Source: an uncultured SAR86 cluster bacterium (GTDB lineage: Bacteria > Pseudomonadota > Gammaproteobacteria > Magnimaribacterales > D2472). From it: a stretch of 64,000 nt of DNA. The position numbers and the translations under genes were made by a program. Of this stretch, positions 43,333 to 52,994 are shown piece after piece (positions within the stretch are counted from its first letter, which is position 1; every line of letters begins with the position of its first letter). The notes beneath the pieces are model-generated. The model searched no databases. It was given only the letters and a program-made list of their open reading frames with translations, and had not been told where the DNA came from. Location of the stretch: positions 68,062 to 132,061 of the forward strand of contig CACKRJ010000003.1 in assembly GCA_902602595.1 (NCBI GenBank), written 5' to 3'.

Positions 43333-45360
43333 TTATTTGATAAGAGCAATATCATTTGGATGAAGTAGATCCTCTCCAATACTTTCCAGCAATGGCTTCA
43401 GATTTTTAGCGTAAGGTTTCCATCGACCCATACCCTTTTTATTGATTGGCTGTCTAACCTGTTCTGAGCTAGCAGTTCTAACAGATCTATCAGTTTCATA
43501 GAATGATATGCACTCTTCTTCAAATGGCAAATCAAGAAAATCTAGCATTCTTTTAACTTGGCCTTCAAGATCCTCAATGACATCTTCATTGTTAACTCTT
43601 AAGATCTTATTTGGTAATACTTTATCCCAATGATCCATAAGCTTTACATAGCTCTTGTAGTAACTGCCTGCCTCAGACAAACCATATGAAAATTCCTGCC
43701 CTTGAGCGAATAATTGCTTAAACATGCTAAAGCAGCAATCTAATGGATACCTTCTTGCATCAATAATTTTTGCATTTGGCATAATTAAGTGAATTAAACC
43801 AATGTGCCTAAAGTTGTTAGGCATCTTGTCGGTAAACATAGGCGCATCTTTTCTATGCATACGAGTATCTTCAATAAATTGTTTGCCGAAGTCCTCTCTT
43901 TGCTTTTGTGTTAATGAGCTCATGCTCTTAGGGTAGTTTCCTAACTTACCATAAATATCATCCCCTCTGAGACTTTGAGCTATTGATAAGATGTTTGGAA
44001 GCTCCAAGGTCCCATCAATCATTGAGTGGGAGGCAAGAATTTGCTCAACAAGAGTTGAGCCTGCTCTTGGAAGACCTAAAATAAAAATCGGATCTTTTGT
44101 TATATATCCTCCATCGCCAAGATTTTTAAAGAAAATCTCATCACATACGTCTATCTGCGCCTGCAGTTCGGCATCCATTCTTTCAATGGAGTATTTACTT
44201 TGATCATTTTTAATTTTATTTCCTTGTTGTAAATGAAAGAAAGCCTCATCAAACTCACCGTTTACTTCACAGCCTTGTGCGAGGGCAAAATGAAAATAAG
44301 TCTTATCCCTTAGTGATAAATCCACTCTTTTTACTTGATCTCGCATGCTATCTAACTCATCAGATGTAAAAGAATAAGTTTTTAAATTTGCAAGTGAAAA
44401 AAATGCTTCTCCGTGGTCTGGTTTAATTCTATAAGCATTTTGATAACTGCTAATTGCTTGGTCTGTTTTTCCAAGAGTTTTTTGTGCATGACCTTTTGAG
44501 GTGTGCGTGCTGAAATTGTATGGGTTTTTGTCAAGAATATCGTCGAACATTGTAATTGCTTGTTTGTGATCACCATTTTGCATGATTTCACTAGCTTTTT
44601 GGGCTTGATAAATGGGGTTGTCCGGATATTGATTACATAGAATATTGACTTGCTCCATGGTTTGAGCAAATTTTTGTTTTTTTCTTAGGATTGCCGCGTA
44701 TTGCATTCTAAGATCGCCATCATTTGGCTTGAATTCAACTGCTTTTTCAAGCAAAAACTCTGCATCATCAAAATAACCTAAGCGATTAGCAATTTCTGAC
44801 AAGAGCGACATTGCATATGTATGCGTAGGATTTTTCTTTAGAAAAGCTCTGCATTGTCTTTCAGCTAAACCCAATCTACCTTCGTTAAGTATCTGATCTA
44901 TATAGAGTAATGCAGGAGGAAGAGATTGAAGTTTCTCAATTTGTTTTTGAGCATGATCGGCAGCAGGTTGATTTTTGTTTTTAATAAAATATTGATGAAG
45001 TAAATTCCATGATGAAAGTAATGCAGGATTAAGTTCGCAGGCTTGCCTGTAATTAATAGCAGCCTTTTCTTCATTCCCCATATCTCTGTTAATATGGCCA
45101 AGCTCTTGATAAGCGCGGCCCATATCAGGAGCATTGAATAACAATTGCTCAATGTATTTCTTTGAATCATCAAATTTTTTTAAATACCTTGATGAAACAG
45201 AAGCAAGATACAATGCATCAATATTATCAGGATGTTTTTTAAGAATAATTTCAAATAGAATTAATGCTTCTTCAAATCTATTTTCCTTAACAGCCTGTGT
45301 TGCCTCACTTAAATCTACTGATAGAGTGGGGTCGTCAGTATTTAATTTATCTTCTTTCAT
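43333..45360 (-). CDS. TPR-repeat protein with C-terminal sulfotransferase domain
   Basis: The N-terminal ~400 aa carry multiple TPR-like repeats. The C-terminal domain has the PAPS 5'-phosphosulfate-binding loop ILGLPRAGSTLVEQIL and a later RRYPLDCCFS segment. Confidence 0.85.
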   Translation of the reverse strand: MKEDKLNTDDPTLSVDLSEATQAVKENRFEEALILFEIILKKHPDNIDALYLASVSSRYLKKFDDSKKYIEQLLFNAPDMGRAYQELGHINRDMGNEEKAAINYRQACELNPALLSSWNLLHQYFIKNKNQPAADHAQKQIEKLQSLPPALLYIDQILNEGRLGLAERQCRAFLKKNPTHTYAMSLLSEIANRLGYFDDAEFLLEKAVEFKPNDGDLRMQYAAILRKKQKFAQTMEQVNILCNQYPDNPIYQAQKASEIMQNGDHKQAITMFDDILDKNPYNFSTHTSKGHAQKTLGKTDQAISSYQNAYRIKPDHGEAFFSLANLKTYSFTSDELDSMRDQVKRVDLSLRDKTYFHFALAQGCEVNGEFDEAFFHLQQGNKIKNDQSKYSIERMDAELQAQIDVCDEIFFKNLGDGGYITKDPIFILGLPRAGSTLVEQILASHSMIDGTLELPNILSIAQSLRGDDIYGKLGNYPKSMSSLTQKQREDFGKQFIEDTRMHRKDAPMFTDKMPNNFRHIGLIHLIMPNAKIIDARRYPLDCCFSMFKQLFAQGQEFSYGLSEAGSYYKSYVKLMDHWDKVLPNKILRVNNEDVIEDLEGQVKRMLDFLDLPFEEECISFYETDRSVRTASSEQVRQPINKKGMGRWKPYAKNLKPLLESIGEDLLHPNDIALIK

Positions 45361-45402
45361 TTTTGTATTATTTTAACAAAGATAAAAATTATATTTTGCC
45401 AT

Positions 45403-45429
45403 GAAAAGAAAAAGGGAGCATGAGCTCCC
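45403..45429 (-). terminator. Rho-independent terminator after the TBDR at 45452
   Basis: Stem gggagc(45414-45419), loop atga, stem gctccc(45424-45429). The preceding A-rich run becomes a U-run on the minus strand. Confidence 0.65.
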
Positions 45430-45451
45430 TTTTTCTTTACTTTAACTGCGA

Positions 45452-48055
45452 CTAATTAAAAAATCTCTTAAATCTCAGACCTACAGTAGTTGGTCTAATG
45501 ATTCCAAGACGTTGTCTATCAAAGACAAAAGTATTAGCAATTTCAGCTCTCTCATCAGTGATATTGTCAATGTAGGCTTCTGCCACCCAATTGTCATTGC
45601 TTATTCCAGCACGAACATTTATGAAGCTATAGCTATCTTGAAGAGCCTTATTTGGTTCCATGACATCAGAATAACTATCATCAGACCACACTAACTGAGC
45701 TTGAAAATGTCCGGTGTTACCTGAGGATGCTCCCCATTCTTTTCTAGCACTTAAATTGCCCTGCATTCCTGGAGCGAAAGCTAAATCAGCCCCTTCAGTG
45801 ATATCGTCTGTGGGGACTAAACTTTTAGTAAGCTCTGTGTCTAAGATTGAGAATGCACCTGATAACACCCAGCCATCCATATCAGGATAATAAACAAAAT
45901 CTCCTTCAACTCCACTAATTTCAGCATCTGCTGCGTTATCTGAGAAGAATAAGTTAACAATGCTTGGATCAAAAACAGTAGTTTGAAGGCCAGTTACATC
46001 AACCATGAATGCACTTCCGTTGAACCTTAATCGACCATCAGCAAGAACAGCTTTCCAACCAAATTCATAGTTGGTCACTTCATCAGACTTAACTTCAGGT
46101 TTTACAGTGTAAGTTCCAGCCGCATTAGATGATCCAACTGGTCTATTTAAGAGTCCTGGTCTAAAACCTTCAGACCATGTTACGTAATACATCACATCTT
46201 CAGATGGATTCCATGAGTAGGTTATTTTACCAATTGAGCCATCACTTTTAGCTTTATCTGGATAGCCATTTGCATTTCCAGGAGCGTATTGGGCAGATAA
46301 GTTAGATCCATATTTTTGTTGATCGGTATTACCAAATCCATTACCAAAAGATGAGTTTGCACTCCCTTCAAAATCAACTTCAATGTCATAGTAACGAATA
46401 CCAACAGTAAGTTCGGATGTTTCAGTTACATCAACACTAAGTTCGCCAAACACTCCCTGTTGCTTATCAGTTCTTTTGATATCATTAAAGAAGATTACAG
46501 GCTCGCTATATGGTCCGGCTGAGAACCATCCAGCTGCACCATTATTAATTGCTCCAGTTGAGGAAATATCAGTAAGAGCATAGTTTGGAGAATACGTAAT
46601 ATCATTCCCAACAGAATTTGGGTATGTAAATAAATTTAACTCTGTTAATTCCAAATCACTAAAAAATACACCAGCTGTAAGACTTGAATTATCACTGATT
46701 GGAGCATTGATACGGAATTCATGAGTTGTAACTTCCGTATTTGTAGTTGAATCAACTAACAAGTTAGGTGCGCCACAAGTTCCTGTTGGAACATTGCCTG
46801 GAGCAAATGATGTATAAGTTACATAGTAATCACATATATAGTACGGCAGATACTGACCAACAAATAAATAATCTGTGTAATCTACATCTTGATCTGTTGT
46901 TCTGTCTGTGTAAGCACCAGTATAAAGCACTTCAAGATCGCCAATTGAGCCTTTAAGGGTGAAGCTTATGTTGTCAAACTCATCTTCAATTTCATCATTG
47001 GTATATCTTTGGATTTCTAAGTCACCTTTAGTTGGATCAACAAAAAACACACCATCAGCCTCAATAGTTTGAGTAGCAAAAGTTGCTAAAGCATCCCAAT
47101 TATCATTAATCTCATGGGCAACACTTGCTCTAAAGCCTTCGTAAGTAACTGGGTTAGCATCTTCTTGAACAATCGCATTTGCTTTGTTAAAAGTAACGCC
47201 TGAAAGATCAGCCCCTGCTTGGAAACCAGCTCTTGAAGCTGAAACAGGAAGGCCATTTTCTCTAACAGTGCCGCCGGCTCTGAAACGAGCTGATTGGCTT
47301 GCATCAAGTGTCCCAGCAACTTGATCAATATAACCGCCTCTTCTATCTCTATAGGCAACAAATCTTAGTGCTGTTTCTTCACCCATAGGTATGTTAGACA
47401 TATATTCGAATTTGTTACCAGTATCACCGTCAGGCATAAATCGAGTTTCTATCTCTAAGCTACTTGATGATTCGCCAATTACAGGTTTATTTGTGATCAT
47501 GCGAACAACACCTGCTTGAGAGCTAGCACCAAATAGAGTTCCTTGCGGTCCAGATAGAACCTCAACACGGCCAACATCAGCTGCATAAACATCTAAGTTT
47601 CTTCCTGGCTGACCCAATGGTTGCTCATCTAGATAAAAGGCAACATTAGGTGCTAAACCAGCAACACCAGCAGTAGTAAGATTGGGGGTAGTAGAAGCAA
47701 GACCTCTAATATATATAGTGCTTTGACCGGGCCCTGATCCACCAGCCGTAACTCCAGGTAATTGCATTAAATAATCCTCAAATACATTTATCCCTTTTTG
47801 CTCAAGTGCTTCCTCACCAATAGCAGAGACAGAAAGTGGGACATCTTGCAGACTTTCATCCTTCTTTCTTGAGGTAACAACAACTTCTTCAATAGTTGCT
47901 TGAGATTGAGCAGATATATATCCACTGTATGCAGAAGCATTAATAATTGCCAATGCAGAAATAGCAGAGACAATCCTGCCAAATACTTTATCAAAGGACT
48001 TTTTATTAAAAAGCAATTTGAGTTTTTTTGCGTTAATTTTAATAGTATTTATCAT
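45452..48055 (-). CDS. TonB-dependent receptor (867 aa)
   Basis: Plug region IEEVVVTSRKKDESLQDVPLSVSAI...VEVLSGPQGTLFGASSQAGVVRMITNKP. The C-terminus is ...VGLRFKRFFN, with a long N-terminal leader. Confidence 0.9.
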   Translation of the reverse strand: MINTIKINAKKLKLLFNKKSFDKVFGRIVSAISALAIINASAYSGYISAQSQATIEEVVVTSRKKDESLQDVPLSVSAIGEEALEQKGINVFEDYLMQLPGVTAGGSGPGQSTIYIRGLASTTPNLTTAGVAGLAPNVAFYLDEQPLGQPGRNLDVYAADVGRVEVLSGPQGTLFGASSQAGVVRMITNKPVIGESSSSLEIETRFMPDGDTGNKFEYMSNIPMGEETALRFVAYRDRRGGYIDQVAGTLDASQSARFRAGGTVRENGLPVSASRAGFQAGADLSGVTFNKANAIVQEDANPVTYEGFRASVAHEINDNWDALATFATQTIEADGVFFVDPTKGDLEIQRYTNDEIEDEFDNISFTLKGSIGDLEVLYTGAYTDRTTDQDVDYTDYLFVGQYLPYYICDYYVTYTSFAPGNVPTGTCGAPNLLVDSTTNTEVTTHEFRINAPISDNSSLTAGVFFSDLELTELNLFTYPNSVGNDITYSPNYALTDISSTGAINNGAAGWFSAGPYSEPVIFFNDIKRTDKQQGVFGELSVDVTETSELTVGIRYYDIEVDFEGSANSSFGNGFGNTDQQKYGSNLSAQYAPGNANGYPDKAKSDGSIGKITYSWNPSEDVMYYVTWSEGFRPGLLNRPVGSSNAAGTYTVKPEVKSDEVTNYEFGWKAVLADGRLRFNGSAFMVDVTGLQTTVFDPSIVNLFFSDNAADAEISGVEGDFVYYPDMDGWVLSGAFSILDTELTKSLVPTDDITEGADLAFAPGMQGNLSARKEWGASSGNTGHFQAQLVWSDDSYSDVMEPNKALQDSYSFINVRAGISNDNWVAEAYIDNITDERAEIANTFVFDRQRLGIIRPTTVGLRFKRFFN

Positions 48056-48281
48056 CGTTCCCCCCCGGGATAAATTTTTATTTAATTAGTGATTCACAGA
48101 TAAGGAGCAGCCATAGAAACTGCTTCCATAATAATTTTTGCTTAAGTCGAAACTTAAGTTATTTAAAAACATGCTTAGACCATAACAAATGAACGTTCAA
48201 AATTTAAGTAAATATGAAAAAAACACGCTTTATTTTGTGAAATAGGCATTTTTTACACATTTTAAGTAGACTTAGCGCACA

Positions 48282-49766
48282 ATGTTTACAAAAATCGCCC
48301 CAAAACGCTTTCTTTTCTCTTTATTTCTAATAAGTGCTTTCATAGGGATTACACTTCTTAACCTTAATGAGGCTGATAAATTATTCGCTGAAATCCAAAA
48401 ATATATTTCTGATAGCTTGGGTTGGTTAATTATTTTACTTGCAAATGGCTTTTTGGTATTTGTAATTTATCTTGCTTTTGGTAAACATCAAAATCTAGTT
48501 CTTGGTGGGCCAGATGCAAAGCCAGAATTTTCAAATATTAACTGGGTAGCTATGCTGTTTAGTGCCGGTTTAGGTGTTGGACTATTGTTTTATGGCGTGG
48601 CTGAACCAGTCATGCATTTCAGCTCCGATGCACTCCATGCTGAAGGCGCCTCTTTTTCAGATAAGGCCAATCGATCTATGAATTTGGCTTATTTGCATTG
48701 GGGGTTTCACGGATGGGCTATATATGGAATAGTTGGATTATGTTTCGCTTATTTTACATACAATAAGAATCTCCCTTTTCGAGTAAGCTCTTTTTTCTCT
48801 GGCCCATTAACAAAAAATATTTGGGGAAGAGTTTCTCTTGATGTGATTGCAATTATTGCAACAATATTTGGAATAGCCACCTCCTTGGGTCTAGGAGCAA
48901 ATCAAATTAATTCTGGGCTTGGTTACATGGAGGTTCTTGAAGAGAACTTTATGAGCACCGTGGGAATTGTAATTGTTATAACTTTAATGGGTTTGATTAG
49001 CGTTGTTCTTGGATTAAAAGTGGGAATCAAAATACTATCTCAAATGAATATAATTTTATGCATCATATTTCTCTCCTTTATTTTCTTTACGGGACCAACA
49101 AGCTTCATATTGGATGGTCTGTTGCAAAATATAGGGTCTTACATCCAGAATTTATTAAGCCTATCTACAAATACTCAAGGCTACTTAGATTCTTCATGGC
49201 AAAATGGCTGGACCCTATATTATTATTCTTGGTGGTTTGCATGGTCCCCTTTTGTAGGATTGTTCATTGCAAGAATTTCTTACGGTAGATCGATTAAAGA
49301 ATTTTTAATTGGGGTTGTTCTAATTCCATCGTCAATAGTTTTTCTCTGGATGGGAGTTTTTGGCAATGCAGCTCTTCATCAAGAATTCATAGAACCAAAT
49401 TCTCTCAGCACCGCAATCAATAATAATATAGCTGTTTCACTCTTTGTTTTTTTAGAGCAATTCCCATTTTCACAATTCATCATGGGATTAGCTATTGTTA
49501 TTATATTAACTTTTTTTGTTACATCCTCTGATTCAGGCGCATTAGTAACTTCAATGCTCACCGCAGCAAAAAAAGAAAATACAAAAGATGAACCACCAAT
49601 GATCCTAAGAGTTATTTGGGCAATTTCTTTGGGTGTGATTGCCATTGTGCTTTTAGCTGGAGGCGGTATTGGAGCTCTGCAAACCTCGGTTATAGTAACT
49701 GGTGTGCCATTTGCAATCTTGGTATCTTTTGCTGCAAGAAGTCTTCTAAAAAATCTAAATCAATGA
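48282..49766 (+). CDS. BCCT-family transporter (betaine/carnitine/choline type)
   Basis: The BCCT signature WTLYYYSWWFAWSPFVGLFIARISYGRSIKEF is present, with 12 hydrophobic segments. Confidence 0.95.
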   Translation: MFTKIAPKRFLFSLFLISAFIGITLLNLNEADKLFAEIQKYISDSLGWLIILLANGFLVFVIYLAFGKHQNLVLGGPDAKPEFSNINWVAMLFSAGLGVGLLFYGVAEPVMHFSSDALHAEGASFSDKANRSMNLAYLHWGFHGWAIYGIVGLCFAYFTYNKNLPFRVSSFFSGPLTKNIWGRVSLDVIAIIATIFGIATSLGLGANQINSGLGYMEVLEENFMSTVGIVIVITLMGLISVVLGLKVGIKILSQMNIILCIIFLSFIFFTGPTSFILDGLLQNIGSYIQNLLSLSTNTQGYLDSSWQNGWTLYYYSWWFAWSPFVGLFIARISYGRSIKEFLIGVVLIPSSIVFLWMGVFGNAALHQEFIEPNSLSTAINNNIAVSLFVFLEQFPFSQFIMGLAIVIILTFFVTSSDSGALVTSMLTAAKKENTKDEPPMILRVIWAISLGVIAIVLLAGGGIGALQTSVIVTGVPFAILVSFAARSLLKNLNQ

Positions 49767-50161
49767 GCACTTCTACTAAAGAAAATAAAGAAATTGCAAT
49801 TAAGTTTTTTGAAGCCTTAAGTTCTGGATCTGAAACCTATTTAGATTTCTATAACGATGATTCAGTTATTTGGACCGCCGGCGACAATGATATTGGGGGG
49901 ACAAGAAGCAAAAAAGAAATTATAGATTTTGCTCAAGGTATTCTTGCTGCTTTTCCATCAGGCATAACATTTAATATCACAGGCATGACTGCTGAAAACG
50001 AGAGAGTTGCCGTTGAGGTAAGTGGGGATGCAATTCATGCATCAGGTCAGCCTTATAAAAATCAATACCATTTTTTGCTTACCATCAAAAATGGAAAAAT
50101 TCTTGAATTGAAAGAATATATGGATACTCAATTAGCCGCAAAAATTCTTCTTGGAGAATAA
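49763..50161 (+). CDS. SnoaL/NTF2-like small protein, translationally coupled to the BCCT gene
   Basis: The ATG at 49763 overlaps the BCCT stop (ATGA). MSTSTKENKEIAIKFFEALSSG...YHFLLTIKNGKILELKEYMD is SnoaL-like. The longer track ORF (from 49616) is just the out-of-frame BCCT 3' end. Confidence 0.6.
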   Translation: MSTSTKENKEIAIKFFEALSSGSETYLDFYNDDSVIWTAGDNDIGGTRSKKEIIDFAQGILAAFPSGITFNITGMTAENERVAVEVSGDAIHASGQPYKNQYHFLLTIKNGKILELKEYMDTQLAAKILLGE

Positions 50162-50198
50162 ATATATAAAAATCTTACCTAAAAATAGCAATTAAAAG

Positions 50199-50223
50199 GA
50201 GGTTTTGTAACCTCTTTTTTTTT
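50199..50223 (+). terminator. Rho-independent terminator
   Basis: Stem gaggtt, loop ttgt, stem aacctc, followed by T9. Confidence 0.7.
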
Positions 50224-50354
50224 AAAAAAAATGTTTAAATTTTATACAAAATAATGGGTAAAAAAATAATTAAATAAAGATTGGACAGTTATAAATTCAA
50301 GGCTTATTATCGAAAGTTAGAAAGTGCTTTTTTTGTTTATTTTTATTAATTTAT

Positions 50355-52958
50355 ATGTCCAATCAACCCTCTAAATTTCCCTCAGAAGCAGAAGTTGTAG
50401 TTGTTGGCGTTGGCGGAATTGTAGGTTCAATGCTTGCATATTGGTTAGCAGAACTTGGGCAAAAAAATATTGTAGGCTTGGAAAAATCTACCATTATTCC
50501 ATCAGATATAGCATCGACAGCTCACGCCTCGGACTTTGTCTATAATACAACCCATGACAAACTAGGTTGTTGGGCAACTAACTTTAGTAGAAAGTTTTAT
50601 GAAGATAACGGCTTCTTTTTAAAAAAAGGTGGTTTAGAAATCTGCCGCAAAGATGATGATGCTCGATGGGAAGAACTCAAGCGAAAAGTTGAGTCAGGTA
50701 AAGCTTTTGGAACCAACATTAGACTAATTTCTGCATCTGAAGCGAAAGAAAAATTTCCTTTATTGGATGAAGCTTCCATAAGAGGTGCCATGTGGGATCC
50801 AGATGCCGGTCTAGTAACTCCTCGCTCTCAAGATGTTGTTAACTTTGCTATTGAGACTGCCAAAGAAAAAGGTGCCTTGAAAACTTATACCGACACCCCA
50901 GCAGTGGGTTTCGAAGTCGAGAATGGAAGAGTAACAGGAGTAAAAACTGATAAAGGAATAATTAAAACCAAGAAGGTTGTAATTGCTTCAGGAATTTGGG
51001 GGCCATTGATGGGTGATATGGCTGGTGTATCAGTTCCATTGATGCCTGTAGAACACCCATTGTTATTTTTTGGTCCACTACCTGAGATACAAGGCACAGA
51101 CGAACTTCTTGTTTATCCACTTCTGCGTGATCAAGGAAACTCAGCCTATGTCAGAGATACTGGTAGGCTCCATGGGGGAATGCTCGAATGGGGATATTAC
51201 GAAGATAAGGATCCTCGCTTAGTTGACCCTGAAGACATTGGCAATCCAGAAAAAACTATGATTTCTGATTCAATGAGATATCTAGATCTTGAAGAGATCG
51301 CCGAGCCATTAGAGAAAGCTTTTGAAACTACGCCTATTCTCAATGAACTTGGTTGGGATGAAAAAAGCTCATTCAATGGACTGCTTTCTGTAACTGCTGA
51401 TGCTGGATCTCTAATCGGTGAAAGTCCTGAAGTTAGGGGTTTTTGGTTATGTGAAGCTGTATGGGTAAAAGATGGTCCAGGCTGTGCTAGATTATGTGCT
51501 GAATCAATGATGCACGGCAAAACTCAGGTGGACATGCATGCATTTGATATATCAAGATTTTATCCAGCACAGAAAGAAAAAGAATTTGTTAAAACTCGAT
51601 CTTTTGAAAATGCTCAAACTATTTATACTCCTGCTGTTCATCCAAGAGAACCATACATTAGTCACAGAGAATTATATGTCAGCCCTTTTTACGATAGAGA
51701 AAAAGAGCTTGGAGGCTTTTTTGAGAATGAGGTTGCTGGGTGGGAACGTGCTTTTGCTTACCAAAGTAATCAACAAAAACTTGAAAAATACTTCAAAAAT
51801 GTTCCTGTAAGAGAAAACGAGTGGGATCGTCGTCATGTTCCTTATGAAATTGCTAATGCTGAACATCTTGCTATGAGCGACTCAGTTGGCATGATTAATC
51901 TTTCACATTTCCCCATCATTGACATAGAGGGTCCAGATGCAGAACGTATGTTGGAGTATCTTTCTTTGGCGAAAGTGGGAGGTGAAACCCCAGAAGGACG
52001 CATGATTTATACAAATTTTCTTGATGAGGACGGAGGAGTTCATGCAGATCTTACTATATCTCGCCTCGGCAAAGACTGTTACAGAGTTGTTACTGGCGGA
52101 GCAGATGGAAATCGAGATTGGGTGACATTACGAAATTATCGTGATGATATGGGGCTAAATGCTGACATTAAAATTCGCACTCATGATATAGCTACCCTAG
52201 GATTATGGGGTCCTCAAGCAAAAAATGCATTGGGTAATTTTATTGATCCAAATGAATTGGCTATAGAGAATTTTCCATTTGTTGCTGCAAAAAATCTCAC
52301 ACTCAATTTATCTGAAGGAAAAAAGATAGATGTTTGGGCCTCACGTATTTCCTACGTAGGAGAAAGTGGCTGGGAGATTTATCTTAATAACGATCCTGAA
52401 GATGGTTTAGCTCTATATGACTCATTATTAGAAGTAGGTGTTGTGCCTGTCGGAATTGAAACTTATGCTAATAGCCGTCGTCTTGAAAAGAGTTTTAGAC
52501 TTCAAGGAGCAGATCTAGAAACTGATTACAATGCATGCGAATCAGCCATTGAGAGACGATTAGTTAAAGAAGCTGATTTTCATGGTAAAGCAGCTCATCT
52601 TGCACATCGAGAAGAAGAGCCAAGCGCAATTCTATGCACGATGACTCTGGATAAACTTGATGTTTCTGGAAAAGGCTCTCGTTATCCAGTTGGCATATCA
52701 CCAATAATTGATCCTGATACAGGAGAAGTGCCTATAGATAGTAAAGGTCGAAGATCTTACACAACAGGTATGTCTTATTGCCCATCCATTAAAAAATTTG
52801 TTGTTATGGGTTATCTGCCAAAAGATATTGCCAAACAAGGTAAATCTCTATCCCTTGAATACTTCAATGAAGACGGTGATGGTGTCTATCCAATGACCGT
52901 TCAGATAGTAGGCAAAGGATCTCTTTATGATCCAAATAATGAAAGAGTTCGAATATAA
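50355..52958 (+). CDS. FAD-dependent oxidoreductase fused to a GcvT-type folate-binding domain (dimethylglycine/sarcosine dehydrogenase-like)
   Basis: The N-terminal dinucleotide fold reads VVVVGVGGIVGSMLAYWLAELG. The C-terminal ~400 aa are aminomethyltransferase-like (GESGWEIY, and a GxETYANSRRLEK-type element). The 867 aa length is typical of DMGDH/SARDH. Confidence 0.85.
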   Translation: MSNQPSKFPSEAEVVVVGVGGIVGSMLAYWLAELGQKNIVGLEKSTIIPSDIASTAHASDFVYNTTHDKLGCWATNFSRKFYEDNGFFLKKGGLEICRKDDDARWEELKRKVESGKAFGTNIRLISASEAKEKFPLLDEASIRGAMWDPDAGLVTPRSQDVVNFAIETAKEKGALKTYTDTPAVGFEVENGRVTGVKTDKGIIKTKKVVIASGIWGPLMGDMAGVSVPLMPVEHPLLFFGPLPEIQGTDELLVYPLLRDQGNSAYVRDTGRLHGGMLEWGYYEDKDPRLVDPEDIGNPEKTMISDSMRYLDLEEIAEPLEKAFETTPILNELGWDEKSSFNGLLSVTADAGSLIGESPEVRGFWLCEAVWVKDGPGCARLCAESMMHGKTQVDMHAFDISRFYPAQKEKEFVKTRSFENAQTIYTPAVHPREPYISHRELYVSPFYDREKELGGFFENEVAGWERAFAYQSNQQKLEKYFKNVPVRENEWDRRHVPYEIANAEHLAMSDSVGMINLSHFPIIDIEGPDAERMLEYLSLAKVGGETPEGRMIYTNFLDEDGGVHADLTISRLGKDCYRVVTGGADGNRDWVTLRNYRDDMGLNADIKIRTHDIATLGLWGPQAKNALGNFIDPNELAIENFPFVAAKNLTLNLSEGKKIDVWASRISYVGESGWEIYLNNDPEDGLALYDSLLEVGVVPVGIETYANSRRLEKSFRLQGADLETDYNACESAIERRLVKEADFHGKAAHLAHREEEPSAILCTMTLDKLDVSGKGSRYPVGISPIIDPDTGEVPIDSKGRRSYTTGMSYCPSIKKFVVMGYLPKDIAKQGKSLSLEYFNEDGDGVYPMTVQIVGKGSLYDPNNERVRI

Positions 52959-52994
52959 ATAATTTCAATGTAATAACTTAAAGGGGGAATAACA

